This document shows, in pieces, positions 56,595 through 64,000 of a stretch of DNA of 64,000 bases. Below the pieces are notes generated by a model. The model did not search any database. It was not told the DNA's origin and saw only the letters and a program-made list of their open reading frames with translations. The DNA comes from Candidatus Saccharimonadia bacterium (lineage in GTDB: Bacteria > Patescibacteriota > SICC01): assembly GCA_025449535.1 (NCBI GenBank), contig JANWJF010000001.1, forward strand, positions 68,279 to 132,278, given 5' to 3'. The position numbers were made by a program, and so were the translations under genes. The stretch's first letter is position 1; each line of letters starts with the position of its first letter.

Positions 56595-57113
56595 TTACTC
56601 CTTCAGTGCCTGTCGCACGCCGCGCAGGCCGCGCTTGCGGTACTCGCGGATCGCCTCGCGCGTGGTGTCGAAGATCGCCGGCAGCTCCAGGTAGTCGATG
56701 CCGATCGCGATCCAGGCCAGCCACACCGGCAACGTGGTCCCTGCTTCCCCGACGCCGAGGCTCGCCACCACGAACTCGTCGGTGATCCAGTAGATGTGCA
56801 GCCACTGCAGGTTGATGCCGACCAGGATCAGGAACCGTTTCCAGGTGAACTGCCGGTGCAGGATCACGAGATAGAGGATGCTGGTCGAGACCAGCGCCGG
56901 TATCTCCAGGTAGTCGGCGGCGGAAAGCGCGGCCTGCCAGAACGGCGCCAGCGTCCAGTAGCTCTCCCCCACCAGGCGCTGCGCCACCACGTGCGCGGAC
57001 AGCCAGTAGAGGTGCACGAGCTGGGTCAGGAACAGCAGCGCCGAGACGGTCACGGCCAGCTGATAGTGGCGTTCGTACCACGCCGCGATGCGATGTCCGG
57101 TTCGTTTCAGCAT
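56595..57113 (-). CDS. Polytopic membrane protein with His residues in its hydrophobic segments; possible partner of the FNR-like reductase
   Basis: 172 aa hydrophobic protein, chosen over the overlapping frame 56590..57141. Its stop lies 11 nt upstream of the FNR-like gene's start. Confidence 0.5.
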   Translation of the reverse strand: MLKRTGHRIAAWYERHYQLAVTVSALLFLTQLVHLYWLSAHVVAQRLVGESYWTLAPFWQAALSAADYLEIPALVSTSILYLVILHRQFTWKRFLILVGINLQWLHIYWITDEFVVASLGVGEAGTTLPVWLAWIAIGIDYLELPAIFDTTREAIREYRKRGLRGVRQALKE

Positions 57114-57206
57114 AGTACCCAGTATACGGGTCCTTGCTCATCCAAGAGGCCCCGGGCCGTATGCCCGGCTCGTCAACATCGCCGAAGCCTGTCTGGCTAC
57201 CGGCCG

Positions 57207-57566
57207 CTACGCCTTGTAGACGCGGTAGCCTTCGTGGACTTTCTTCTTCACCTTGGTCCCGAAGTCGTCGCCAGCCTTCACCGACTTGACCGACTCATGG
57301 TCGACCTGGAGCGAATCGATCTTCTGTTCGTAGTCGAGTTCGCCACCCTCGATCCGGACGCTGTCGCCCACCTTGAGTCCCTTGCTCTTCTCGAGCTTGA
57401 TCACGGCGACCTTCAGCTGGTCGAAGTAGTGTGTGACCCGCCCAATCGGCTGCTCGACCTTCGGGGCCTTGGCAGCGGCCTTCTTGGCCGGGACCTTGGA
57501 CGCCTTCTTCACCGGCTTCTTCTTGGCCGGGACCTTCTTGGTAGCTGGTTTCTTCTTCGGAGGCAT
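57207..57566 (-). CDS. Lys/Ala/Pro-rich (histone-H1-like) protein with a C-terminal beta-barrel resembling translation-GTPase domain II
   Basis: N-terminal 36 aa are KKKP/AKK repeats. C-terminal GRVTHYFDQLKVAVIKL...GDSVRIEGG...IDSLQVDHESVKSVKAGDDFG resembles the EF-Tu domain-2 pattern. Confidence 0.55.
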   Translation of the reverse strand: MPPKKKPATKKVPAKKKPVKKASKVPAKKAAAKAPKVEQPIGRVTHYFDQLKVAVIKLEKSKGLKVGDSVRIEGGELDYEQKIDSLQVDHESVKSVKAGDDFGTKVKKKVHEGYRVYKA

Positions 57567-57665
57567 CGTGCCTCGATTGTGCTACCGGGGGGTCGATATG
57601 GCAAGCGGCGGGTTTGGGCAATACGCCATTGACGGGCGTCACGCGTCGGCTAGCATGCCTCCGCG

Positions 57666-57821
57666 ATGCCTGCCAAGAAGCCACAGCGCACCAAGGGACG
57701 CAGCGCCTACTCACAGGCGCTGAACGAGGTGTTCGACATCTTCGGCGGCCTGATGGATCCGCCGGAATGGCGTCCGAACTGGAAGTCGAAGCGCCCGGCC
57801 AAGACGCGGAAGCAGCGCTGA
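57666..57821 (+). CDS. Candidate small basic ORF (51 aa), not in the ORF track
   Basis: MPAKKPQRTKGRSAYSQALNEVFDIFGGLMDPPEWRPNWKSKRPAKTRKQR. Divergent from the Lys-rich gene. No clear SD. Confidence 0.2.
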   Translation: MPAKKPQRTKGRSAYSQALNEVFDIFGGLMDPPEWRPNWKSKRPAKTRKQR

Positions 57822-57838
57822 ACCCCTGCGACAAAGCA

Positions 57839-57865
57839 AAACCGGCGCCCGAGGGCGCCGGTTTC
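57839..57865. terminator. Perfect 12-bp hairpin terminator (bidirectional)
   Basis: AAACCGGCGCCC-GAG-GGGCGCCGGTTT. On the minus strand it is followed by TTTTGCTTTGTC, 18 nt after the zinc-ribbon gene stop. Confidence 0.5.
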
Positions 57866-57882
57866 AAAGTCGCGGGGACAGG

Positions 57883-58038
57883 TTACTTCATCTGTCCGAT
57901 CTTGAAGATCTTCGTGCCGCAGTCCGGGCAGAGCCCCTGGACAGCCGGCCGGCCGTTCTTCATCGTGATCTGCTTCGCGTCCTTGATCTCAACCTTCTTA
58001 CGCTCTTTGACACAGTATCCTTCGTTAACTTCGGCCAT
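57883..58038 (-). CDS. Small zinc-ribbon-like protein (51 aa), not in the ORF track
   Basis: AGGAGG RBS. Translates MAEVNEGYCVKERKKVEIKDAKQITMKNGRPAVQGLCPDCGTKIFKIGQMK, with a C-x27-C-x2-C Cys pattern. Confidence 0.5.
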   Translation of the reverse strand: MAEVNEGYCVKERKKVEIKDAKQITMKNGRPAVQGLCPDCGTKIFKIGQMK

Positions 58039-58152
58039 GTGCTCCTCCTTCTTTTAGAGGTTACTTTTACGACAGCCCAGAGTATGGCACGCCTGCCTGG
58101 AGCCTGCAAGTGCGTAGGCGTAAAGTGTTGTGAGTTCTTACAAAGACCACTT

Positions 58153-58228
58153 CTGTCATTCCGAGCAACGCGAGGAATCTAAGGAACCAGCCGATTTCCC
58201 AGATCCCTCGCTCCGCTCGGAACGACAG
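58153..58228. repeat. Palindromic repeat element, copy A (ORF-less), directly downstream of cysS
   Basis: Left arm CTGTCATTCCGAGCAACGCGAGGAATCT, 20-nt loop, right arm AGATCCCTCGCTCCGCTCGGAACGACAG. All arm mismatches are A.C, which become G.U in the minus-strand RNA. Confidence 0.5.
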
Positions 58229-58244
58229 CAGACGCCGGGACCCT

Positions 58245-59657
58245 CTAGCGCTTCCGCAGGCGCGGACCCTGCGCGGTGTCCTCGACCGTCCAGCCGGCGC
58301 GCTCGATCTGCTTCCGCAAGCGGTCGGCCTCCGCGAAGTCGTCGCGCTGGCGGGTGACCTCGCGCTCTTCCGCCAGCTTGGCGACGTTCGCCGGTGCCGC
58401 CGGAGCCTCGAGCGTCAGCACGCCGAGCACGTCGTTCCAACCGCGAAGCGCCTCCAGTACCGCGGGCAGCTGGTCGGCGCCGAGTTCATCGCCGTCGATC
58501 AGGGCGTTGCCGTCGCGCACCAGATCGAAGACCGCGGCCACCGCCTCGGCCGTGTTGAGGTCGTCGTCCATCGCCGCCGCGAACCGCTCCTGCGTGTCCG
58601 TGATCAGCTTCGTGGCCGCCTCGGCATCCCCGGCCGTGTCCCCGCCGTGTTCGCCCAGCCGGTCATAGAAGCTTTGCAGCCGTTCGTAGCTCTCCTTGGC
58701 GCCCGCCAGGCTCTCCCAGGTGAAGTTCAGCTTGCTCCGATAGTGCGCCTGAACGAACAGCATCCGCAGATGCACCGGTTCGAACCCACGCTTCGCCACG
58801 TCCGCCAGCGTCAGCATGTTGCCTTCGGACTTCCCCATCCGCTTGCCGTCCACCAGCAGGTGCTCGCCGTGGACCCAGAAACGCGCCAGATCCTCCCCCG
58901 TCGCGGCCTTGGTCTGGGCGATCTCGTTCTCGTGGTGCGGAAAGGTCAGGTCCACGCCGCCGAAGTGGAGGTCTATCGGCAGCGCGCCGAGCTCGCCGGC
59001 CGCCATTGCCGAGCACTCGATGTGCCAGCCCGGCCGGCCGTGTCCCCACGGCGAGCGCCAGCCGATCGCGTCCTCCGGCTCAGCCTTCCAGAGCGCGAAG
59101 TCCTGCACGGACTCCTTGCCGTACTCGTCGTTGTCGATGCGATGCTTGGCCGTATCCTTCCCGAGCTCCAGCTTCTGCAGCGCGCCGTAGCCGTACCGTT
59201 CGTTGTACTTCGCCACGTCGAAGTAGACGCTGCCGTCCCGTTCATAGGCGAACCCGTTCTCCTGGATCCGCTCGATCAGCTTGATCATCCCGCCGATGTG
59301 CTCGGTGGCGTGCGGTGTCGCGCCCGGCCGTTCGACGCCGAGTCCTTCCAGGTCGGCGAAGAACCGCTCCTCGTGCGGCTTGGTGAACGCCTGGACGCCG
59401 CTCAGGTCCTTCGCCTGGCTGTCGCGCAGGATCTTGTCCTCGATGTCCGTGACGTTCATCACCGCCTGGACCTTCCAGCCGTGGCCGTGCTCCAGCCAAC
59501 GACGCAGGATGTCCGCGGAGACGTACGAGCGGAGGTTGCCGAGCTGGGCCGGGGCGTAGACGGTCGGACCGCAGACGTACATCGAGACCGCCTTCCCGCG
59601 CCCGAGCGCGAACGGTTCCTTTCGGCGGTTCAGCGTGTTGTAGAACCGGAGACCCAT
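58245..59657 (-). CDS. cysS: Cysteine--tRNA ligase with degenerate HIGH motif
   Basis: 470 aa. MYVCGPTVY, WHIECS, FPHHENE and KRMGKS (KMSKS) are all present. The position of HIGH reads AQLGNL (E. coli has CHIGHG). Confidence 0.85.
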   Translation of the reverse strand: MGLRFYNTLNRRKEPFALGRGKAVSMYVCGPTVYAPAQLGNLRSYVSADILRRWLEHGHGWKVQAVMNVTDIEDKILRDSQAKDLSGVQAFTKPHEERFFADLEGLGVERPGATPHATEHIGGMIKLIERIQENGFAYERDGSVYFDVAKYNERYGYGALQKLELGKDTAKHRIDNDEYGKESVQDFALWKAEPEDAIGWRSPWGHGRPGWHIECSAMAAGELGALPIDLHFGGVDLTFPHHENEIAQTKAATGEDLARFWVHGEHLLVDGKRMGKSEGNMLTLADVAKRGFEPVHLRMLFVQAHYRSKLNFTWESLAGAKESYERLQSFYDRLGEHGGDTAGDAEAATKLITDTQERFAAAMDDDLNTAEAVAAVFDLVRDGNALIDGDELGADQLPAVLEALRGWNDVLGVLTLEAPAAPANVAKLAEEREVTRQRDDFAEADRLRKQIERAGWTVEDTAQGPRLRKR

Positions 59658-59710
59658 GGAACCAGCTTATCGCACCTATGCGCATCTTATTTAGCTAGCA
59701 AGTATACTAG

Positions 59711-60056
59711 TGTCATTCTGAGCGAAGCGAAGAACCTTGATGCATCGGTATTTCGTATACATCCTAAGCAACCACTCCCGGACGCTATACGTCGGTATAA
59801 CCAGCAATCTCGAGCGACGCCTATTTGAGCATAAGCACGGATTAGTCGAAGGCTTCACCAAGCGATACCGCATTAATCGCCTGGTGCGTTACGAAGAAAC
59901 CCACGACGTCCAGGAAGCAATCCGTCGGGAAAAACAAATCAAGGGATGGGTACGGCGCAAGAAAGTCGCCTTGATCGAGCGAGGTAATCCGCACTGGGAA
60001 GATTTGGCTGAGAGTTGGCAGCTGGATCCTTCGGCTGACGCCTCAGGATGACAATG
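59711..60056 (+). mobile_element. GIY-YIG cassette bounded by terminal inverted repeats of the palindromic repeat family (copy B)
   Basis: Left TIR TGTCATTCTGAGCGAAGCGAAGAACC ends at 59736, immediately before the ORF start. Right TIR CTCAGGATGACA (60042-60053) overlaps the ORF stop. GC ~48% against ~65% background. Confidence 0.45.
59740..60051 (+). CDS. GIY-YIG nuclease family protein (YhbQ-like)
   Basis: YFVYILSNHSRTLYVGITSNLERRLFEH is the GIY-YIG motif; the downstream Arg/Glu residues are present. ATG at 59740 (the track uses TTG at 59737). Confidence 0.75.
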   Translation: MHRYFVYILSNHSRTLYVGITSNLERRLFEHKHGLVEGFTKRYRINRLVRYEETHDVQEAIRREKQIKGWVRRKKVALIERGNPHWEDLAESWQLDPSADASG

Positions 60057-60057
60057 C

Positions 60058-60690
60058 TTAGAACTCCTGCCGGCCCTCGAGCGCCCGGGAAAGTGTTAGC
60101 TCGTCGGCGTATTCGACGTCGCCGCCCATTGGCAGTCCCGAGGCCAACCGCGTCACCTTCGGCACCAGCGGCTTGATCAGCTTCTGGATGTAGAGCGCCG
60201 TGGCCTCCCCTTCCAGGTTGGGGTTGGTGGCAATGATCACCTCAGTGATCCCGGCCTTGCCATCCACGTCCTTGAGCCGCTCGATCAGCTCGGCCACCTT
60301 GAGCTGCTCCGGCCCCACACCCTCGATGGGCGCGATCGCGCCGTGCAGTACGTGGTAGCGGCCCTTGAACGTGCCGGCTCGTTCGATCGCCACGATGTCC
60401 AGCGGATCCTCGACCACGCAGATCTGATGGTCGTCCCGGGAGGCCGAGGCACAGATCGCGCAGGTCTCCGACTCCGAGAAGTTGAAGCAGGTCCGGCAGT
60501 GCTGGATACCTTGCTTCAGCTCCAGTAACGAATTCCCGAGCGCGTCGACGTCCTGGTTGTCTGTCTTGATCAAGTAGAACGCCAGGCGCGAGGCCGACTT
60601 CGGCCCGATGCCCGGAAGCTTCTCCAGTTCCGTGATCAGGCGCTCGACGCTGGTGGGGATGATTTGCACGTCCGTATCGTACCGAGCCAT
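60058..60690 (-). CDS. recR: Recombination protein RecR
   Basis: LEKLPGIGPKSASRLAFYL HhH motif. C4 zinc finger CRTCFNFSESETCAIC. Toprim domain. Trimmed to MARYDTD... Confidence 0.85.
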   Translation of the reverse strand: MARYDTDVQIIPTSVERLITELEKLPGIGPKSASRLAFYLIKTDNQDVDALGNSLLELKQGIQHCRTCFNFSESETCAICASASRDDHQICVVEDPLDIVAIERAGTFKGRYHVLHGAIAPIEGVGPEQLKVAELIERLKDVDGKAGITEVIIATNPNLEGEATALYIQKLIKPLVPKVTRLASGLPMGGDVEYADELTLSRALEGRQEF

Positions 60691-60797
60691 CGGCGATAGC
60701 AAAAACAAGCGACCAAATGCAAAGCGGGCCCCCGATGAAGGTTGGGGGCCCGCACGGACCGAAAGTGAAATGTTTCGATCCGGTGAGAGGGTGGCGA

Positions 60798-61298
60798 CTA
60801 AGCCGGAACCAGGAAGTCGCCTTCTTTCTTGAAGCCGGGAGGCGGATCGCCGAGGTTGAATTCAAGTCCCATGACGTCCATGAGGTTGGCATCCGTGACC
60901 TGAGTGAACAGCCGGTCGAAGTAGGCCTGAAGCCCCGTCGCGGCGTGGGCGCCTCGGTAGAGGGAGGCCCAAGTCGACCCGTGGTAGATCGTGGCATGGG
61001 CGCCACGTTGCGCCAGCGGAATTTCGTGCGTCGACTTTTCGTGCTCCAGCGTCAGGCTGGCCTTGCTGTTGCGAATATGGGGGTAAGGGTGCTTGGAAAA
61101 GTCGAGGTCACCGATGGCTCGGTCGACGACGAGCAGGGGGTCGCCTTTCTTGGCGTTGTGCATGAACCGGTATAGCAGCCCATAGCGTTGCCCCGTCCAT
61201 CCTGCTTTGACCATGAGGTCGAACACGGGAATGGAGCGGTCAAGAGCCTCTTCGACCTGCTCCTTGGTCGGAGAAGGTACCTCAATCGCACTGCACAT
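60798..61298 (-). CDS. Hypothetical protein between ybaB and recR
   Basis: 166 aa. No recognisable motifs. Occupies the slot between ybaB and recR. Confidence 0.45.
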   Translation of the reverse strand: MCSAIEVPSPTKEQVEEALDRSIPVFDLMVKAGWTGQRYGLLYRFMHNAKKGDPLLVVDRAIGDLDFSKHPYPHIRNSKASLTLEHEKSTHEIPLAQRGAHATIYHGSTWASLYRGAHAATGLQAYFDRLFTQVTDANLMDVMGLEFNLGDPPPGFKKEGDFLVPA

Positions 61299-61417
61299 GG
61301 TTCACGCTCCTTTGCGTGTCGGAATCTAGGAATTAAGGTGTTGCGGTACTGCGGATGCTGCGTACGGCAAGTTGTGCTGATTGATAACGAAACGACCGCC
61401 ATCAATAGCCGCCTAGC

Positions 61418-61443
61418 ATAGCCAAAAAATGCTGATTTGTCAA
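61418..61443 (-). terminator. Intrinsic terminator downstream of ybaB
   Basis: TGCTGATT-tgtc-AATCAGCA stem. On the minus strand it is followed by TTTTTTGG. Confidence 0.35.
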
Positions 61444-61472
61444 TCAGCAAAGGTAAAAATTGCTCTTCGGGG

Positions 61473-61784
61473 CTACATCCCCGGCAAGCCCATGCCGCCG
61501 GTGATGGCCTGCATCTTCTGGGCCGCGACCTGCTGCGACTGCTTGATCGCCTGGCTGATCGCGTTCTTGAGGTAGTTCTCAAGCTCCTTCTTGTTGCCCG
61601 GCTGGAGTAGCGACTCGTCGATGTGGATCTCCTCGAGCTGCTGTTCGCCGGTGAAGACGATCTTCACCTTGCCGTCGGCCTCCGTCACCTCGATCAGGGT
61701 GTCGCGGAGTTCCTTTTGGATCTTCTTAGCCTGCTTGGCGAACTCGCCGAGTTCCTTGGCCTGCTTCAACTTATCGAATGCCAT
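61473..61784 (-). CDS. ybaB: Nucleoid-associated protein YbaB/EbfC
   Basis: 103 aa. ...QAKKIQKELRDTLIEVTEADGKVKIVFTGEQQL..., typical YbaB sequence and length. Confidence 0.85.
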   Translation of the reverse strand: MAFDKLKQAKELGEFAKQAKKIQKELRDTLIEVTEADGKVKIVFTGEQQLEEIHIDESLLQPGNKKELENYLKNAISQAIKQSQQVAAQKMQAITGGMGLPGM

Positions 61785-61802
61785 GTGTAGTAATTATCCT
61801 TA

Positions 61803-61867
61803 GTGTCATTCTGAACGAAGTGAAGAATCCGGTTTCTCAGATCCCTCGCATGCACTCGGGATGGCGC
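61803..61867. repeat. Palindromic repeat element, copy C (degenerate, ORF-less)
   Basis: Left arm GTGTCATTCTGAACGAAGTGAAGAATCC, 9-nt loop, right arm GATCCCTCGCATGCACTCGGGATGGCGC. Arm differences are mostly A-to-G transitions that preserve G.U pairing. Confidence 0.4.
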
Positions 61868-61967
61868 TGTGCGCCAGTTTTGTCGAATGCCATACCGATA
61901 TAGCGTACCGGTTCGGTAGCCCGAGGACCAGGCCTCGCACACTGCTGCACCTTTCCGCGAAAATCGG

Positions 61968-62381
61968 CTACGCGTACAGGTAGCGATACCGTTTGAACAC
62001 GCGCTGGACGGTCTCCAGATCTTCTTCGTTCGCGGTACCCCCCTCGGCCATCGCGGTTAAGGTCTTGGAAATCGTCTCGGCCAGGTCGCGCGGATCATTG
62101 GCTTCGACCTGAAGCGCCTGGAAGGCGATGTCACGGTCGAATCCGGGCGGCACGTCCGTCGGGATGATGCTGCCGTCATACAGGCTGTCGATGCATTCGG
62201 CGGTCGTGCGATAACAGGTCCGATCCGCGTCCGTGGCTGGCAGGCCTTGGTCCGCCCGTGCCAGGGCAACCACCATGTCCTCGACGTAGCCGCCGGAACG
62301 TTCCCGGGCTACATCGGCCGTCGCACCAGCAGACCCGCTGGCGTCCAGGATTTCTCCTCCAGCGCCGTCGGCGGCGGCCAT
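61968..62381 (-). CDS. Hypothetical acidic protein
   Basis: 137 aa. Starts 2 nt after the GT2 stop on the same strand. Confidence 0.4.
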   Translation of the reverse strand: MAAADGAGGEILDASGSAGATADVARERSGGYVEDMVVALARADQGLPATDADRTCYRTTAECIDSLYDGSIIPTDVPPGFDRDIAFQALQVEANDPRDLAETISKTLTAMAEGGTANEEDLETVQRVFKRYRYLYA

Positions 62382-62382
62382 C

Positions 62383-63147
62383 CTATCCCCTCCCCGGCAG
62401 TGAGGCGTACCGTCCGCGCACCAGGTTCATCCGAATCGCCGCGAGGTCGCGGAGCGTTCGGAAGGCGCTTCGGATCGGCCGCAGTCGTGTGCCCGGCGTG
62501 TCGTACCAGTTCACCGGGACTTCCGTCATCTCATAGCCGTAGTGACGGGCGATCGTCAACATCTCGATGTCGAAGCTGAAGCCCTCGCGGGTCATCGTCG
62601 GCGCAATCTCACGGGCGGCATCACGGGCCAGTAACTTGAATCCGCATTGGGTATCGATCACGCCCGGCAGGACCGCGTAGCGAATCAACCGGTTGCCCCA
62701 GCGAGAGATCCAGACCCGGTACCACGGCTGCTTGATCCGGATATCCGAACCCGGCAGATATCGCGAGCCGACCACGACCTGCGGGGCGCCCTTCTTCGTG
62801 GCAATCGCCAGCAGCTTCTCCACCTCGGAAACATGCGTGGAATTGTCCGCGTCCATGAACAGCACGAAGTCGCCGCGGGCGGCCAGGAGGCCCTCCTTCA
62901 CGGCGGCGCCCTTGCCACGGTTGCCTTCGAACCCGATCACCTTCGGCGGCATCCCCCGTCCCGGGACCTGCTTCGCTACCTTGGCGGTGCCGTCCGTGGA
63001 ACCGTCGTCGACCACGATCACCTCGGCGTCCAGGTCGGATACCTCGAGGTACTCGGCGATGGACGAGAGGGTCGCCGGCAGGCGGCGCCGCTCGTTGTAG
63101 GCCGGGATGACGATGGACAGCTTGGGGGTTCTCTTCGGAGGATTCAT
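62383..63147 (-). CDS. Family-2 glycosyltransferase (polyprenol-phosphate sugar synthase-like)
   Basis: 254 aa. LSIVIPAYNE, VVDDGSTDGT and FMDADNS (DxD) motifs. Confidence 0.8.
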   Translation of the reverse strand: MNPPKRTPKLSIVIPAYNERRRLPATLSSIAEYLEVSDLDAEVIVVDDGSTDGTAKVAKQVPGRGMPPKVIGFEGNRGKGAAVKEGLLAARGDFVLFMDADNSTHVSEVEKLLAIATKKGAPQVVVGSRYLPGSDIRIKQPWYRVWISRWGNRLIRYAVLPGVIDTQCGFKLLARDAAREIAPTMTREGFSFDIEMLTIARHYGYEMTEVPVNWYDTPGTRLRPIRSAFRTLRDLAAIRMNLVRGRYASLPGRG

Positions 63148-63223
63148 CGCGGGAAATAAAAACGCGCAGCCGTTTTCGTTTGCGCATCGTCACGCTACCG
63201 GAGTTTCGACCGGCTGTGAAGTC

Positions 63224-64000
63224 CTAGCTCGGGTCCATCGAATTGGGCGGTCCGCCCGCCTGGGGGCCGTCGCCCGGCGCCGGTCCGGCGTTGGCGTGCT
63301 TCTCGAGGTCGGTGAACTTCTGCCGGTCCGCCGAGAAGAACAGCTCGCACTGGCCGGTGGGGCCGTTCCGATGCTTCTTGATCAGGATGTCGGCCACGTT
63401 CGGCCGGTCCGAGTCCTTGCGGTAGTAGTCGTCGCGATAGATGAACATCACCACGTCCGCGTCCTGCTCGATGGAACCGGATTCGCGAAGGTCGGCCAGC
63501 TGCGGGACGTTGCCCGGACGCTTCTCGACTTCGCGGGAGAGCTGAGAGAGCGCCACTACCGGGATCTTTAGCTCGCGGGCCAGTCCCTTGAGCGACCGGG
63601 AGATCTCGGAGATCTCCTGCACCCGGTTGTCGGCGCCGCGGTTCTTGGCCGAGCCTTCCATCAGTTGGAGGTAGTCGACGATCAGCAGGTCGAGTCCCTG
63701 CTCCGCCTGGAGTCGCCGCGCCCGGGCGCGCATCTCCATCACGGACAGCTGCGCGTCGTCGTCGACGTAGAGCTTGGCCGAGGCCAGGCTGTCCATGGCC
63801 GTCGCCAGCTTCGGGAAGTCGCGCTCGGCCAAGTGGCCGGTGCGGAGCTTCCAGGCATCGACGCCGGCCTCGAGCACCAGGAGGCGGTCGACCAGCTGCT
63901 CCTTGGACATTTCCAGGGAGAACATGCCGACGCTGACCCGGGACTGCACCGCGGCGTTCCGGGCGATGTTCAGCGCCAAGGCGGTCTTACCCATCGAGGG
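63224..64000 (-). CDS. dnaB: Replicative DNA helicase DnaB (C-terminal part; gene runs off the window end)
   Basis: MGKTALALNIA Walker A. LLIVDYLQLM. DnaB-family H4 motif. The ORF continues beyond position 64000. Confidence 0.8.
   Translation of the reverse strand, partial: PSMGKTALALNIARNAAVQSRVSVGMFSLEMSKEQLVDRLLVLEAGVDAWKLRTGHLAERDFPKLATAMDSLASAKLYVDDDAQLSVMEMRARARRLQAEQGLDLLIVDYLQLMEGSAKNRGADNRVQEISEISRSLKGLARELKIPVVALSQLSREVEKRPGNVPQLADLRESGSIEQDADVVMFIYRDDYYRKDSDRPNVADILIKKHRNGPTGQCELFFSADRQKFTDLEKHANAGPAPGDGPQAGGPPNSMDPS

Noticed and set aside
56590-57141. Alternative-frame 183-aa minus ORF overlapping 56595..57113
   Set aside because: Arg/Pro/Gly-rich translation. The 56595..57113 frame encodes a hydrophobic polytopic protein and was preferred.

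Overview
This 64-kb window looks like a chromosomal segment from a high-GC (~65%) bacterium, probably a monoderm lineage (it carries a heliorhodopsin, an alpha2-type GlyRS and a secretory lipase). It contains several lower-GC patches that look horizontally acquired.

Layout, left to right:
- tRNA-Ala and a DUF218 gene.
- An AT-richer module of three small HTH proteins with its own promoter/operator and terminator.
- A sigma-70-region-4 protein, a TraD/VirD4-like coupling ATPase (T4CP) and a small membrane protein, all on one strand.
- A SAM methyltransferase.
- A long minus-strand division/cell-wall (dcw) cluster, mraZ-rsmH-ftsL-ftsI-murF-mraY-ftsW-murG-murC-murB-ftsQ plus two hypotheticals. 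murE, murD, ddl, ftsA and ftsZ are conspicuously absent from it.
- Housekeeping genes glyQS, recO and nnr.
- A putative envelope-modification operon: small membrane protein, methyltransferase-like protein and LtaS/sulfatase-like protein.
- DUF1801, cupin, NYN-domain and aldo-keto reductase genes.
- A 2.8-kb ~38% GC island encoding a BcgI-like (Type IIB) restriction-modification pair.
- msrA and typA.
- A 950-aa phage-tail-fiber-like surface protein that converges, with a 3-nt gap, on a heliorhodopsin gene lying 42 nt downstream of an MFS transporter.
- A block of secreted or accessory enzymes: lipase, PQQ sugar dehydrogenase, VOC, SRPBCC, a CBM/LamG protein, M48 peptidase and SemiSWEET.
- tRNA-Gln plus a 3' tRNA-fragment repeat that bracket a ~3.2-kb lower-GC insert (AI-2E transporter, alkaline-phosphatase-family protein).
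- HdeD-like and FNR-like genes, a Lys-rich protein with an EF-Tu-domain-II-like C-terminus, a small zinc-ribbon protein, and cysS whose HIGH motif is degenerate (QLGN).
- A GIY-YIG nuclease gene nested between terminal inverted repeats of a palindromic repeat family; two ORF-less copies of the same repeat lie nearby.
- recR, ybaB, a GT2 glycosyltransferase and a partial dnaB at the right edge.

No CRISPR array or rRNA was seen. All calls come from reading the sequence and the ORF track. I could not run any homology search.
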